DNA of 64,000 bases, taken from assembly GCA_965206845.1 (NCBI GenBank), contig OZ242221.1:1504001-1568000 (forward strand), written 5' to 3'. Positions within the stretch are counted from its first letter, which is position 1; each line of letters begins with the position of its first letter. The translations under genes and the position numbers were made by a program. Positions 10,060 through 23,788 of this stretch are shown piece by piece. Under the pieces are notes generated by a model. The model searched no databases. It had not been told where the DNA came from and saw nothing but the letters and a program-made list of their open reading frames with translations. This DNA comes from Cenarchaeum sp. GTDB taxonomy: Archaea > Thermoproteota > Nitrososphaeria > Nitrososphaerales > Nitrosopumilaceae.

Positions 10060-11022
10060 ATGCTATCGTATACCAAGCTGTCAGGAAACGCCAGGCGTTT
10101 CAAGACCCTCATGGGCATGTCCCTCCAAGAATTTGATTTGTTGTTCGCAAAGGTGGAGAAGGCGCATCCTGAGGCGGAGAGGGAGAGGCTCTCCAAGAGG
10201 CCCCGTAGGCGCGCAATCGGGGCCGGGCGCAGGTTCGCGCTCGACCTGCGCAACCGCGTGCTGCTCCTCCTGTTCTACTACAGGACGTATGCCACCCAAG
10301 ACGTGGCGGCCGAGGTCTTCGGGGTGGGCCAGGCCACGGTATCGCGCTCCATCGACCAGATCGCGCCGGTCGTCAGGCAATGCATCCCGATACCAGCCAA
10401 GATCCACGACAGGGCAAAGAGGGCCTCGACCCTTGAGGAGCTTGAGGAGATCCTTCCAGGGCTCCGGTGCCTCATTGACGCCTCGGAGCAGCAGGTGCAG
10501 AGGCCCAAGCGGAAAGACATGGAAAAGACCCACTATTCGGGCAAGGCCGGGAGGCACACGGCCAAGGTACAGTACACCGTGAACACGAACGGCCTGATCA
10601 TCCACAACACGAGGCACTCCCCAGGGCGCGTCCACGACGTCAGGGTGTACAGGATGAAGCACCCGACGTTTCCCTCCGGCCTGCCGTCCCGGGACGGGTC
10701 TGACGGCAAGAAGGGGAGGACAAAGGTGCGGGTCTATACGGACAGGGGCTACCCGGGGGCGCAGAAGATGTACGAAGAGGTGGAAGTGATGGAGCCGATC
10801 AGGCGGAAGCCAGGAAAAAAGCTCTCGGCGCTCGAAAAAGAGTTCAACAGGCTGCACTCAAAGATTCGCGTCTACGTGGAACATGCCATCCGGAGAGTCA
10901 AGACTTGGCGGATAATGGGCGGGGTGTACCGGAACCCGCTGAAGAAGTACGACCGGATCAACGACGTCGTGTGCGGATTGGTAAATCAAAGACTGTTGTG
11001 GCTGGCAGAACAGGCAGCCTGA
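10060..11022 (+). CDS. IS5-family DDE transposase (HTH_Tnp_4 + DDE_Tnp_4 type)
   Basis: IDASE, HYSGK, HD, YTDRGYPG, RVYVEHAIRRVK motifs; uninterrupted ORF. Confidence 0.92.
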   Translation: MLSYTKLSGNARRFKTLMGMSLQEFDLLFAKVEKAHPEAERERLSKRPRRRAIGAGRRFALDLRNRVLLLLFYYRTYATQDVAAEVFGVGQATVSRSIDQIAPVVRQCIPIPAKIHDRAKRASTLEELEEILPGLRCLIDASEQQVQRPKRKDMEKTHYSGKAGRHTAKVQYTVNTNGLIIHNTRHSPGRVHDVRVYRMKHPTFPSGLPSRDGSDGKKGRTKVRVYTDRGYPGAQKMYEEVEVMEPIRRKPGKKLSALEKEFNRLHSKIRVYVEHAIRRVKTWRIMGGVYRNPLKKYDRINDVVCGLVNQRLLWLAEQAA

Positions 11023-11094
11023 CGGAAACGGGCCTGAAAAGTAGGGTGGGCAGGCTTGAAAAATAATAACGGATCACTTCTCTGACGACAGTCC

Positions 11095-11322
11095 CAGTAA
11101 TCCCAGATGTGCCAGTAAGAGGTTAAGTCGCCACCATTTGACTGAGTGGAGGGTTGGTCCCACTCAGATATTTTTGGCCATTTCATGTAGATTTAGGCAC
11201 AAATGATGACGCGTGCGGCAGAATACGGGGGTTTGACCCATGCCAAATTGAGCTCTTCATGGGCATGATGGGGGTGACCTAAACTCTCACAGGTGTTAGA
11301 TCTGGCACATCTGGGATTACTG
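11095..11322. mobile_element. 228-bp MITE (family C; ISH3-type ends)
   Basis: TIRs CAGTAATCCCAGATGTGCCAG / CTGGCACATCTGGGATTACTG; 5-bp duplication AGTCC; same ends as the IS at 49194-50681. Confidence 0.9.
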
Positions 11323-11784
11323 AGTCCTGCCACCACTGCCAGCCACGAAAGGTACCAGAACCACGAGCCCGTCTTGCGCTCGTCCTGCTTGCTGTAGTGC
11401 CAGCGCAGCACTATTCCCGCAAACGACCCGAACAATATCGCCAGGAACGCGTGCAGCAGGCTGGGAAAGCGCAGTTTGTCCATCATGGTGTAATGGCCAG
11501 ACGCGGCATATGGGTGGGATCGTTCCATGATATACAGTGAGAGCAGTTTGCAATCACGTCGTCTGCCATTTACACAGAAAGCCTGTTGATTCTGAACCCA
11601 AAATTTGGACAGCGCTGGCAAGGGTGCAATACCAATAAGGTATGTGTTCACGCAGTGCCTAGAAAAATAAGAAATGGTTTCAAAACATGTTAAATCCGTG
11701 CCTAAATCAGAAAATTTTCTCAAACAACGTGAACAGATACTAAAACTTAATTGTGCTAAACTACCAAGATCACACCGGAACGGA

Positions 11785-13008
11785 ATGGTGGTATTGGGTT
11801 CAAGGTCGAAGATAGTGCCGGCAATTGCAGGCGTGAGTGTGCTGGTTGCGTTCTTGGGAGGATACGTACTGTATTTTGGTATCGGGGCCATGCCTGCCGG
11901 CCCGCATGATACAATTCCGCCGGAGATCACGACTGCAAGCAACGGTTTTGCCATAGACTTTTATCGACAGATCTCCGACGACGACGGCAACGTATTCTTC
12001 TCACCCCTCAGCGTGTATGTGGCATTATCCATAGTAGGCGAGGGTGCAAGGGGAGAGACGGCCAGCCAGATACAGGGCGCATTCGATTTTGAGCCTGACG
12101 CTGAGCTGCGCCACCGCCAGACCGCCGGACTGATGTCGTCGCTGAACTGGCCGGATCCGCATGCTACGCTAACGATGGCAAACTCACTGTGGCTGGCCGA
12201 GTGGTTTGAACCGTACGACTCGTACGTAGGCATCATCCAAGACACCTATCAGGCCGACATTGGCCGCGTCGACTTTTTGGGCGACGGGGTTGGCCTGATA
12301 AACGAGTGGGCGGCCGAAAAAACCCAAGGCAAGATACAGGATGTGCTCAAGAGGGGTGCGGTGGACGAACTGACGGCGGCCGTGGTACTGAATGCCATAT
12401 ACTTCAAGGGCACGTGGGCGGAGCAGTTCCCGATAGGAGACACTCACGAGTCGGACTTTTGGACCGGCACGGCTGAGGTCAAGGCGGATTTTATGAGCGT
12501 AAGAAAACGGTTTGACTATACGCAGTCCGACGAGGTGCAGATACTCAAGATGCCCTACAGGGGCGACAGATTGTCCATGCTGGTGATGCTGCCACAGGAC
12601 AAGGATGGGATAAGCCTCCTAGAGAAGACTGTCACGCCAGAGCAGATAGGACAATGGAGGCAGAGTCTGCATGATACCGATCTTTTCGTTGTAATGCCAA
12701 AGTTCGAGGTAAGAACCCACTACGAACTGACACCGCATCTTGAGAGCCTCGGAGTGACGCACCTCTTTGACAGGCATGCGGCGGATCTATCGGGGATGGC
12801 CGACCTTGAGAGAAACCTGTACGTGGACCAGGTCACGCAGGACGCATACATCAAGGTAAACGAGGAAGGAACAGAGGCTGCGGCCGTAACGACAGCGAGG
12901 CTTCAATCGCGGCCGCAGTTCGTGGCGGATCATCCCTTCATGTTTCTGATCCAGGATGATAAGAGCGGCGCCATACTGTTCATGGGGCGCGTGTCGGATC
13001 CCTCTTGA
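11785..13008 (+). CDS. Serpin with N-terminal membrane anchor
   Basis: NVFFSPLS, INEWAAEKTQGKI, NAIYFKGTW, MPKF, hinge EEGTEAAAVT, FVADHPFMF, LFMGRV. Confidence 0.96.
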   Translation: MVVLGSRSKIVPAIAGVSVLVAFLGGYVLYFGIGAMPAGPHDTIPPEITTASNGFAIDFYRQISDDDGNVFFSPLSVYVALSIVGEGARGETASQIQGAFDFEPDAELRHRQTAGLMSSLNWPDPHATLTMANSLWLAEWFEPYDSYVGIIQDTYQADIGRVDFLGDGVGLINEWAAEKTQGKIQDVLKRGAVDELTAAVVLNAIYFKGTWAEQFPIGDTHESDFWTGTAEVKADFMSVRKRFDYTQSDEVQILKMPYRGDRLSMLVMLPQDKDGISLLEKTVTPEQIGQWRQSLHDTDLFVVMPKFEVRTHYELTPHLESLGVTHLFDRHAADLSGMADLERNLYVDQVTQDAYIKVNEEGTEAAAVTTARLQSRPQFVADHPFMFLIQDDKSGAILFMGRVSDPS

Positions 13009-13138
13009 GTGAATATGGTGAAGCTTATCCGCGTGTTAATTTGTCCGTATCCTACCCAACAACAGGGTTGTACAGACTAAATCCGTAGGCAGTATGGGTC
13101 TAGAGAGATTCATATTCTGATGCGGCGTCTCTCCATAC

Positions 13139-13546
13139 ATGGACTGCGTGTTCTGCAGAATCGTGGACGGCCAGATACCGTGCAAGAAGATCGCCGAGAC
13201 GCCTGACACCCTGTCCATTTTGGATGCGTTTCCGCTGACCCTGGGACATGTACTGGTCGTTCCCAAGAGGCACTATGAGAAGATCCAGGATATTCCGATG
13301 GAGGAGAACGCGGATCTCTTCGAGTCTGTAAGGCAGGCATCTGCCCGTGTAGACCAGCTGACTGGCGCGACGCTTCTTGCAGTGCACAACGGCAAGGGGA
13401 GCGGCCAAGAGGTACCGCATGTGCATGTGCATCTGGTGCCGCGCAGCGCCGCGGACGGAGCGGGTGCCATACACAGCATGTTTGCCCCAATGGAAAAACC
13501 CTCTGACGCGCAGATGGGTGCGGTCTGCCGGAGGCTACGGCACTAG
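13139..13546 (+). CDS. HIT-family nucleotide hydrolase
   Basis: DCVFC, GHVLVVPKRH, QEVPHVHVHLVPR. Confidence 0.95.
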   Translation: MDCVFCRIVDGQIPCKKIAETPDTLSILDAFPLTLGHVLVVPKRHYEKIQDIPMEENADLFESVRQASARVDQLTGATLLAVHNGKGSGQEVPHVHVHLVPRSAADGAGAIHSMFAPMEKPSDAQMGAVCRRLRH

Positions 13547-14190
13547 AACGGGTATATCCTCTCGTTCGTGTCCCGGTTCTCCACGATTATGGCCTTTGTC
13601 GGGCATGTCTCTGCGGCACTCACTATCCTGTTGTATTTTGCCCCCTTTTCGTTGATTACCTTGGATTTGGGGTTCATCTTGGACATCTTGTCCACCTCAA
13701 AGACCTCGGGCGCAATGGTCTCGCAGCTGCAGCACCCTATGCACAGGGTGGGATCAACCTCGACTGACAGATCCGGCTGGTGCTTCGGTTCACGTGTCTT
13801 CTCAAAGTCATCCCGCCGGGAGCCTCCCTTCATGGCGGTGTCATACTCCTCCCAGAACTTCTTCTCGTACTCTGCCCAGAATCCGGGGTTCCCCTCCTCA
13901 AACTCTCTGGTAAACCTGCCCCAGTCCTCCTCTGGACTCTTTGGCCCCGGGGGGGCACCCCACTTGGTTCTTGGGCCTGCCTCTCTCTTTGTGTCTGCGC
14001 TCTTCCTGCCGTCTTTCTGCTTCTTCAGAAGGTGATACGCCTCAGTGGCCCTCTTGAACTTGAGATCGTCTCCGACCCCGCTCTTGTCCGGGTGGGATTC
14101 CAGGGCCATCTTCCTGTATGCGCTCTTGATCTCGTTCTGGGTAGCCGACGCGTCCAGCTCAAGGGCCTCATAGGCCTGGTGTGCATTCAA
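13543..14190 (-). CDS. DnaJ-ferredoxin fusion protein
   Basis: J-domain with HPD; C-terminal CIGCCSC...CPTKAI ferredoxin motif. Confidence 0.92.
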   Translation of the reverse strand: MNAHQAYEALELDASATQNEIKSAYRKMALESHPDKSGVGDDLKFKRATEAYHLLKKQKDGRKSADTKREAGPRTKWGAPPGPKSPEEDWGRFTREFEEGNPGFWAEYEKKFWEEYDTAMKGGSRRDDFEKTREPKHQPDLSVEVDPTLCIGCCSCETIAPEVFEVDKMSKMNPKSKVINEKGAKYNRIVSAAETCPTKAIIVENRDTNERIYPF

Positions 14191-14380
14191 TCAAGCATTG
14201 TACTATGTCGTACGTTAAAAACGATTCTTTGCGCGGCGGCGCACAACGCCACGCCGGTTCGGGATGGGGTCTTCTCAGGTATGTGCCGGTGTCCAAACGA
14301 ATGGGGGGGGGGTGCAACCGCGCGTCGGGTGTGCGCAATACTCGGATCTTGATCTCTACGCACAAGCGTGCGTGGAATCG

Positions 14381-14863
14381 TCAGTCCAGTCTGAACTTTG
14401 GGGGATGTTCTGTCTTGTGGGCCTTGACCACGACGACTCCGCCCCACTTGGCAAAGATTCTCTGGCGGTTCCCCTTGGCAAAGACCATGCCGAGGATCAC
14501 GTCTATTACAAGTAGAAACGACTTGCCTGCATTGCTGAGCAGCAGGCCGTATATGGTGGGCTTTTCGCCGTCGATGCCCATTACGCGCAGGCTTAGAACC
14601 CGCCTGCCCACCGTGGTTCCAGTGATGTACTCCATGCCGGTCAGATACGCCATGGATACCAAGCCGGGCAGAAATACCGTCAGGAAGATGTCGTCTTCGA
14701 GCTGGGGGATCTCATCCCCGATCATGTTGATCCCGCCATTTGACAGCGCTGCCGCGCCGATGACCGTTCCGATTACAGAGATGATTATCACATCGATCAG
14801 AAACGCCACAAAGCGCTCGCTCCAGCGTGCAACTGAGGGAGTCTCAATGTCTGCCATACTCAT
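14381..14863 (-). CDS. RDD-family membrane protein
   Basis: RFVAFLID, G-T-T-VGRRVLSLRV, RQRIF motifs. Confidence 0.88.
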   Translation of the reverse strand: MSMADIETPSVARWSERFVAFLIDVIIISVIGTVIGAAALSNGGINMIGDEIPQLEDDIFLTVFLPGLVSMAYLTGMEYITGTTVGRRVLSLRVMGIDGEKPTIYGLLLSNAGKSFLLVIDVILGMVFAKGNRQRIFAKWGGVVVVKAHKTEHPPKFRLD

Positions 14864-15128
14864 ATCTTCTCTGATCTGATATTTAATCGTGTCATTCGCC
14901 TGGTTGTACGATTCTGCCCTTCTGTCCGAACCGCACCGAACCATGCGTGTGGCAGATCCAAGAATGACTCGCGCCCCCCTGCAAGTGTGGTTGCATGCGC
15001 CGTGGCTCCATTGGAGCGCAGGCCATCCGGAGGTCAGCCTGGCTCTTGGACACTGCGCCTGTCGTTCGGCCGACGACATCAGAAGGGCCTGCGTCTGCAA
15101 CCAATGTGGCCAGACGTCGGATGCATCT

Positions 15129-15575
15129 TCAGATCTTCTGTGACACCCGGGACTTGAAGTCCGACTCGTACCAGTCGGTGGTGTAGCTGTCGCCGGACAG
15201 GTTGTTTATGGCAATGTGCGTAAACTCCTCGCCGTCGTCGGTGGAGCCGTGGGTGTGCAGCGTGTCGGCAGGAATAAACACCACATCGCCAGGCACGAGG
15301 CTGACTGTCTTGGCCTTTGCGATCCCAAAGTCTGCGGCCCCCTCACCCAGGCGCCGGAACAGCGCCAGGCTTCCCTTCCCGGATGTGGCAATCAAGACCT
15401 GGGAGCCGTTGTGCTGGTGGATCTTTGTCCTGGCTCCGCCTTTAAAGTGGACGTGGTATATGTGATCCGTAGAGCCGATCTTGGCAGAGACATCCTTCAT
15501 CCATACCTTGCCTGTAAACCAGTCGGGATTTACCTCCCTCCGGTCTTCGCGCCCGTGTATGTTTGACTTTGCCAT
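15129..15575 (-). CDS. Cupin-domain protein
   Basis: FTGKVW, H-Q-H...Q.L, GDVVFIPADTLHTHG, HIAI. Confidence 0.88.
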   Translation of the reverse strand: MAKSNIHGREDRREVNPDWFTGKVWMKDVSAKIGSTDHIYHVHFKGGARTKIHQHNGSQVLIATSGKGSLALFRRLGEGAADFGIAKAKTVSLVPGDVVFIPADTLHTHGSTDDGEEFTHIAINNLSGDSYTTDWYESDFKSRVSQKI

Positions 15576-15576
15576 C

Positions 15577-15909
15577 TCAGATCCTAGACAGAATCTTCCT
15601 CTTCTGCTCAAGGAACTCCTGTTCGGTGAGCACCCCAGAGTCCTTCAGCCGGGCCAGCTGCTCTAGCATCTTCAGATCCTGCTCTGCCGAGTTCGTCGCC
15701 CCCTTGGCAATGGCAATCCCCCTATCCACCGTCTTCTGGCCCTGCTCCTGCAGCCTCCGGGCCTCCTTGCTTACACGCTCGGTAATATCCTTGCTGGTGC
15801 TCTCGGCCTCGCCGGCTGCTATCTTGCCAACCGCTACCGCATCACCGATGGCCTGATCTGCCTTTCTTGCCATCTTTTCAACCACTCCGATCTTCCTTGA
15901 TTTACCCAA
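15577..15909 (-). CDS. SHOCT-domain coiled-coil protein
   Basis: C-terminal LEQLARLKDSGVLTEQEFLEQKRKIL; TTG start chosen downstream of the MITE. Confidence 0.75.
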   Translation of the reverse strand: MGKSRKIGVVEKMARKADQAIGDAVAVGKIAAGEAESTSKDITERVSKEARRLQEQGQKTVDRGIAIAKGATNSAEQDLKMLEQLARLKDSGVLTEQEFLEQKRKILSRI

Positions 15910-15955
15910 TGCACCTATACCTGCTTGTTTGGTATATTTCTCTTGTGCCTGGGCA

Positions 15956-16084
15956 ACTTTGTTTCCCAATTTCGATAAACGCACCTGAGTTGCCACAAAG
16001 AACACGGTTCTCGTGTGACTTGACACTGTTTACGGATTGAAATTAATCGTAAAAGTGCGAAATGTTTGGATTGGGAAACAAAGT
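15956..16084. mobile_element. 129-bp MITE (family D)
   Basis: TIRs ACTTTGTTTCCCAAT / ATTGGGAAACAAAGT; flanking repeats TGCCTGGGCA / TGCTTGGGCA; second copy at 31497. Confidence 0.87.
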
Positions 16085-16137
16085 TGCTTGGGCATATTAC
16101 ATGAACGTGGCGTGGCTCCACGGCAAGCTCCGCGGGA

Positions 16138-16959
16138 TCACATCTTTACCAGCTTTCTGAACCACCGCTCGCTGTGAAACACCTGGAACACCTTCTCCTC
16201 CCGCGCCCAGACGCGAATCACCTTGGGGCTGCCAGATACCGCCTTGGTTAGAAGCTCCATGGCCTGGCTATACTGGCCAAGGGCCGCCTTGCTTCGCGCC
16301 TTGGCGTATATCACGTTTATGTTGTCCTTGTTCTTTGCAAGTATGGTGTCAAAGACATCCAGCGCCTTCTGGTGCCTGTCAAGCTCGGTGAGCTCCATCC
16401 CCTTGTGGAATAGTGCATCCTGGCGGCGGGGATACTTTCTGCAGATGTCCACGAATACGTTGAGCGCCTCCTCGTGCCTCTTCAGCTTCGAGAGCACTAT
16501 GCCCCTGTAGAAGCGGGCACTCGGCTTTCCGGGATCCAGGGCGATGGACCTCTCTAGCAGCCCCAGCGCGTTCTGGTCGTCGTGCATCCTGGCAAGCAGC
16601 ACACCCTTGTTGAACCAGGCGGCAGCATACTTGGGATCCGCCTCTATTGCCCGGTCATAGCACTCGTATGCGTCCTGGATGTTTCCCATCTCTGCAAGTG
16701 CGATGGCCTTGTTGTTGTACGACGGCGCGTCGCCGGGGTCATCCTCTAGAATTCTATCAAAGCAGGTCACGGCATCGGTATACTTGCGAAGCTGGTTCAG
16801 CGACAGGCCCTTGTTGTACAGCGCCTCCCTGTGGTACGGCTCATCCTTTAGAATCCTGTTTAGCAGGGCAACTGTCCCCTTGTGCTGGTCGATTCTTGTA
16901 AGATCCAGTGCGCGTCTCATCAGATCCCCGTGATCCTGTTTTGAGCCAAACAGTCCCAT
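16138..16959 (-). CDS. Tetratricopeptide-repeat protein
   Basis: Repeated 34-aa units (ALYNKG..L..L..Y..A...FD, AWFNKG...). Confidence 0.92.
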   Translation of the reverse strand: MGLFGSKQDHGDLMRRALDLTRIDQHKGTVALLNRILKDEPYHREALYNKGLSLNQLRKYTDAVTCFDRILEDDPGDAPSYNNKAIALAEMGNIQDAYECYDRAIEADPKYAAAWFNKGVLLARMHDDQNALGLLERSIALDPGKPSARFYRGIVLSKLKRHEEALNVFVDICRKYPRRQDALFHKGMELTELDRHQKALDVFDTILAKNKDNINVIYAKARSKAALGQYSQAMELLTKAVSGSPKVIRVWAREEKVFQVFHSERWFRKLVKM

Positions 16960-16993
16960 GACATGCGATACGCACAGCCATTCTATTGAACTT

Positions 16994-17134
16994 TTATTTC
17001 AGCGACTTGAACTTCTTTGCCGCTTCTAGGGCAAACTTCTCAAGCTCCCTCTGGGAGACCTGCGTGGGATCGTCACTTGCCGTGGCCCTGGCGTGCTCGT
17101 CTGGCGAGCTCCGTGGCATCTTCTTCTCTGGCAC
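16994..17134 (-). CDS. Possible ~46-aa hypothetical protein
   Basis: (M)PEKKMPRSSPDEHARATASDDPTQVSQRELEKFALEAAKKFKSLK fills the gap between two same-strand genes. Confidence 0.45.
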   Translation of the reverse strand: MPEKKMPRSSPDEHARATASDDPTQVSQRELEKFALEAAKKFKSLK

Positions 17135-17155
17135 AACACCGGTTGGACTCTGGCG

Positions 17156-18481
17156 CTAAAAAGCGTTGCCCGTACGATGCTGCGGCATCTCCTGCGCAAA
17201 CTTTTGCGACGCTTGCACGAGCGCGTCGGCATCTGCTGCTGTATGCGCCGTGGAGAGCGCGCCCATCTTTCCTGGGAGGAGGAATATGCCGTCTACTGCG
17301 ATCATCTTAAAATGGTACCTACGGAGAAGCGCCATGTCGGACTTTGACGCATCGGCTGCCTCTGCAATGCGGTGGCCGTCCCTGCCAAAGTGCACCATGA
17401 ACAGGGAGCCGGCTCCGGTGACTGCCGCCCTTCCATCAAATGCGCGGTGCAGGCCTCTTCTGACCATCTCGCCAAGACTCCCCATCTTCGAGTACGCGGC
17501 GCCGGACCTCAGATCCCGGAGCGTTTCGTACCCTGCCGTCATCGATACCGGGCTTGCCGAGAAGGTACCGCCTCCAACATATGCCCTCTGCGATCCCTTC
17601 TCGGGCATGCCTGCAAGCCTCATTATGTGATCTTTTCCGCAAAAGGCGCCGACCGCAAGCCCTCCGCCGATTATCTTTCCCAGCGTTATGATGTCGGGAT
17701 CAAGGCCCATGGTCTCGTACAGGCACCCAAACCGCAGCCGGAACCCCGTAACTATCTCATCAAGCATGAACAGCGCGCCGGCACTATGGGCAAACTCCTG
17801 AATCCCCCGCAGGTAGTCCGTGTCTGCGGGCGTGCATCTGTTTCCCAGCAGTGGCTCGATGATCACACCGGCTAGATCATCCCTGTGGCGTGCCAGTATC
17901 TCAAGCGAGCCGGCCAGGTCATTATATGGTATCGACACTACCGCGTCCTCCCCTACAAGCCCACCGCTCTCGGCTGCATCAAACGGCCAGTTTACCGCCT
18001 TGAGCAGATCCGATCCGTACCCGTGCCACCCACCGTCGATCTTTGCAATCACCTTCCTTTTTGTGTACGCCCGCGCAAGGCGGACTGCATACGCAGTTGC
18101 CTCAGTACCCGATGCGGTGTATCGGATCTTCTCAGCAGCGGGAACTGCTCCGGATATCGTGTCAGAGAGCTTTAACGTCTGCTCGTTTACCGTGCCATGC
18201 ATCCAACCGTCGCGCACCTGGCTCTCCAGTGCGCGACTGACGCTTGCGGGGGCATGCCCAAGGATCAGGCTCCAGTGCCCCATCCAATAGTCCGCGTATC
18301 TGTTGCCGTCCACATCCTCCAGACTTTTCCCATAGGCCCTCCTGCTCACAAAGGGGTATGGCTCGAAGAAGCGGATGTTGTGGCTTATGCCGCCCGCGTG
18401 CAGCTCCGCGGATCTTGCAAAGAGCCTGGCAGACTCGGGTGTCTTGCTTTTGTACTGCGCGGTGTAATCCATCAACTCCAT
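17156..18481 (-). CDS. hemL: Glutamate-1-semialdehyde aminomutase-like class III aminotransferase
   Basis: [32 protein letters not shown] lysine in [14 protein letters not shown]. Confidence 0.85.
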   Translation of the reverse strand: MELMDYTAQYKSKTPESARLFARSAELHAGGISHNIRFFEPYPFVSRRAYGKSLEDVDGNRYADYWMGHWSLILGHAPASVSRALESQVRDGWMHGTVNEQTLKLSDTISGAVPAAEKIRYTASGTEATAYAVRLARAYTKRKVIAKIDGGWHGYGSDLLKAVNWPFDAAESGGLVGEDAVVSIPYNDLAGSLEILARHRDDLAGVIIEPLLGNRCTPADTDYLRGIQEFAHSAGALFMLDEIVTGFRLRFGCLYETMGLDPDIITLGKIIGGGLAVGAFCGKDHIMRLAGMPEKGSQRAYVGGGTFSASPVSMTAGYETLRDLRSGAAYSKMGSLGEMVRRGLHRAFDGRAAVTGAGSLFMVHFGRDGHRIAEAADASKSDMALLRRYHFKMIAVDGIFLLPGKMGALSTAHTAADADALVQASQKFAQEMPQHRTGNAF

Positions 18482-18888
18482 GTAGCGGCTCGTGCCACAA
18501 TTTTAATTAAAACGCGCCTCTGGAAATATGGGTCCTGCTGCGAGCCGAATGTGAAAGTTCCTCTGTAGCGTGCGTGTCCAAAATTAGGGAAGTGCTGATC
18601 CCCTACTTTGGTTACGGCGCTCTCCGATCAGACGCGCGTGCTCGTATGCTGCGTGCGGCGCACTGCCGCCACGCATCAGATCGCCATATCTGCGATCAGG
18701 AGGGCCGCATGCCCGGTGCTATAAATTTCACGTATGGTTTATATGGATTCCTCCGTGCCTAAACTATTACATACGTAACGCAAAGCGGCGCCTGTGATGA
18801 AGTGTGGTAATGAGCCATTTTATGATTCGCGGGCCTCCAGTTACGCATACAGGATGAGGATCTGATCGCAAGTTCAGATCTGATATGT

Positions 18889-18905
18889 GAGAATTGTGCA
18901 ATCCG
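18889..18905 (+). promoter_or_regulatory. 5' arm of 16S pre-rRNA processing stem
   Basis: GAGAATTGTGCAATCCG is the exact reverse complement of 20434-20450. Confidence 0.8.
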
Positions 18906-18947
18906 TCCAATTCCAAAAGTACACGCGTACTTTTATAATCCATGCAG

Positions 18948-20417
<1,470 letters not shown>

Positions 20418-20561
20418 TAGAAAGGAACTTGTGCGGATTGCACAATTCTCCAAACCATCGATGCAATGCGTCATGAAAGTGACGCATGAAGGATGTAGCG
20501 GGCCACACCCAGTGGCTTGCGATGATCGTCGTGCATAGTCGTGTAATATGTGGCTGAAAAT

Positions 20562-23537
<2,976 letters not shown>

Positions 23538-23570
23538 TCAGCCACTTACATAGAGACTATGCACGACGAT

Positions 23571-23671
23571 CTCATTTTTTTAATGCCCCTAGTGGACACT
23601 ATGTCCTTGGGGGCGTTCTCATTTTTTAATGCCCCCGGTGGGCACTGTCCCCGGGGTGTCATTATATTTTT
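23571..23671 (+). terminator. Tandem T-tract plus GC-hairpin units after the rRNA operon
   Basis: Two related units CTCATTTTTT(T)AATGCCCC...TGG(A/G)CA...TGTCC...GGGG, followed by a further T-tract. Confidence 0.55.
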
Positions 23672-23788
23672 CCAGGACTGGCAGACGCGCCAGCTCCGGA
23701 CGCGCAGGCAAGCGGCGCGCAGAGTTCCTGCCGGGTCCTGATCCTGCGGATCCTCCATGCTTGTCCGGTTTGGGATCCGGCCCGCTCA

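Larger units (their letters stand above)
9832..11081 (+). mobile_element. IS5-family (ISL2-like) insertion sequence carrying a nested MITE
   Basis: Imperfect TIRs AGAACTGATTCGTAATTA / TAATAACGGATCACTTCT; flanks CAG and CTG are not identical. Confidence 0.8.

Noticed and set aside
13543-14190. DnaJ-ferredoxin fusion as a novelty
   Set aside because: Already a described family in Thaumarchaeota
20418-20561. tRNA in the 16S-23S spacer
   Set aside because: The short spacer is largely processing-stem arms; no cloverleaf or T-loop motif
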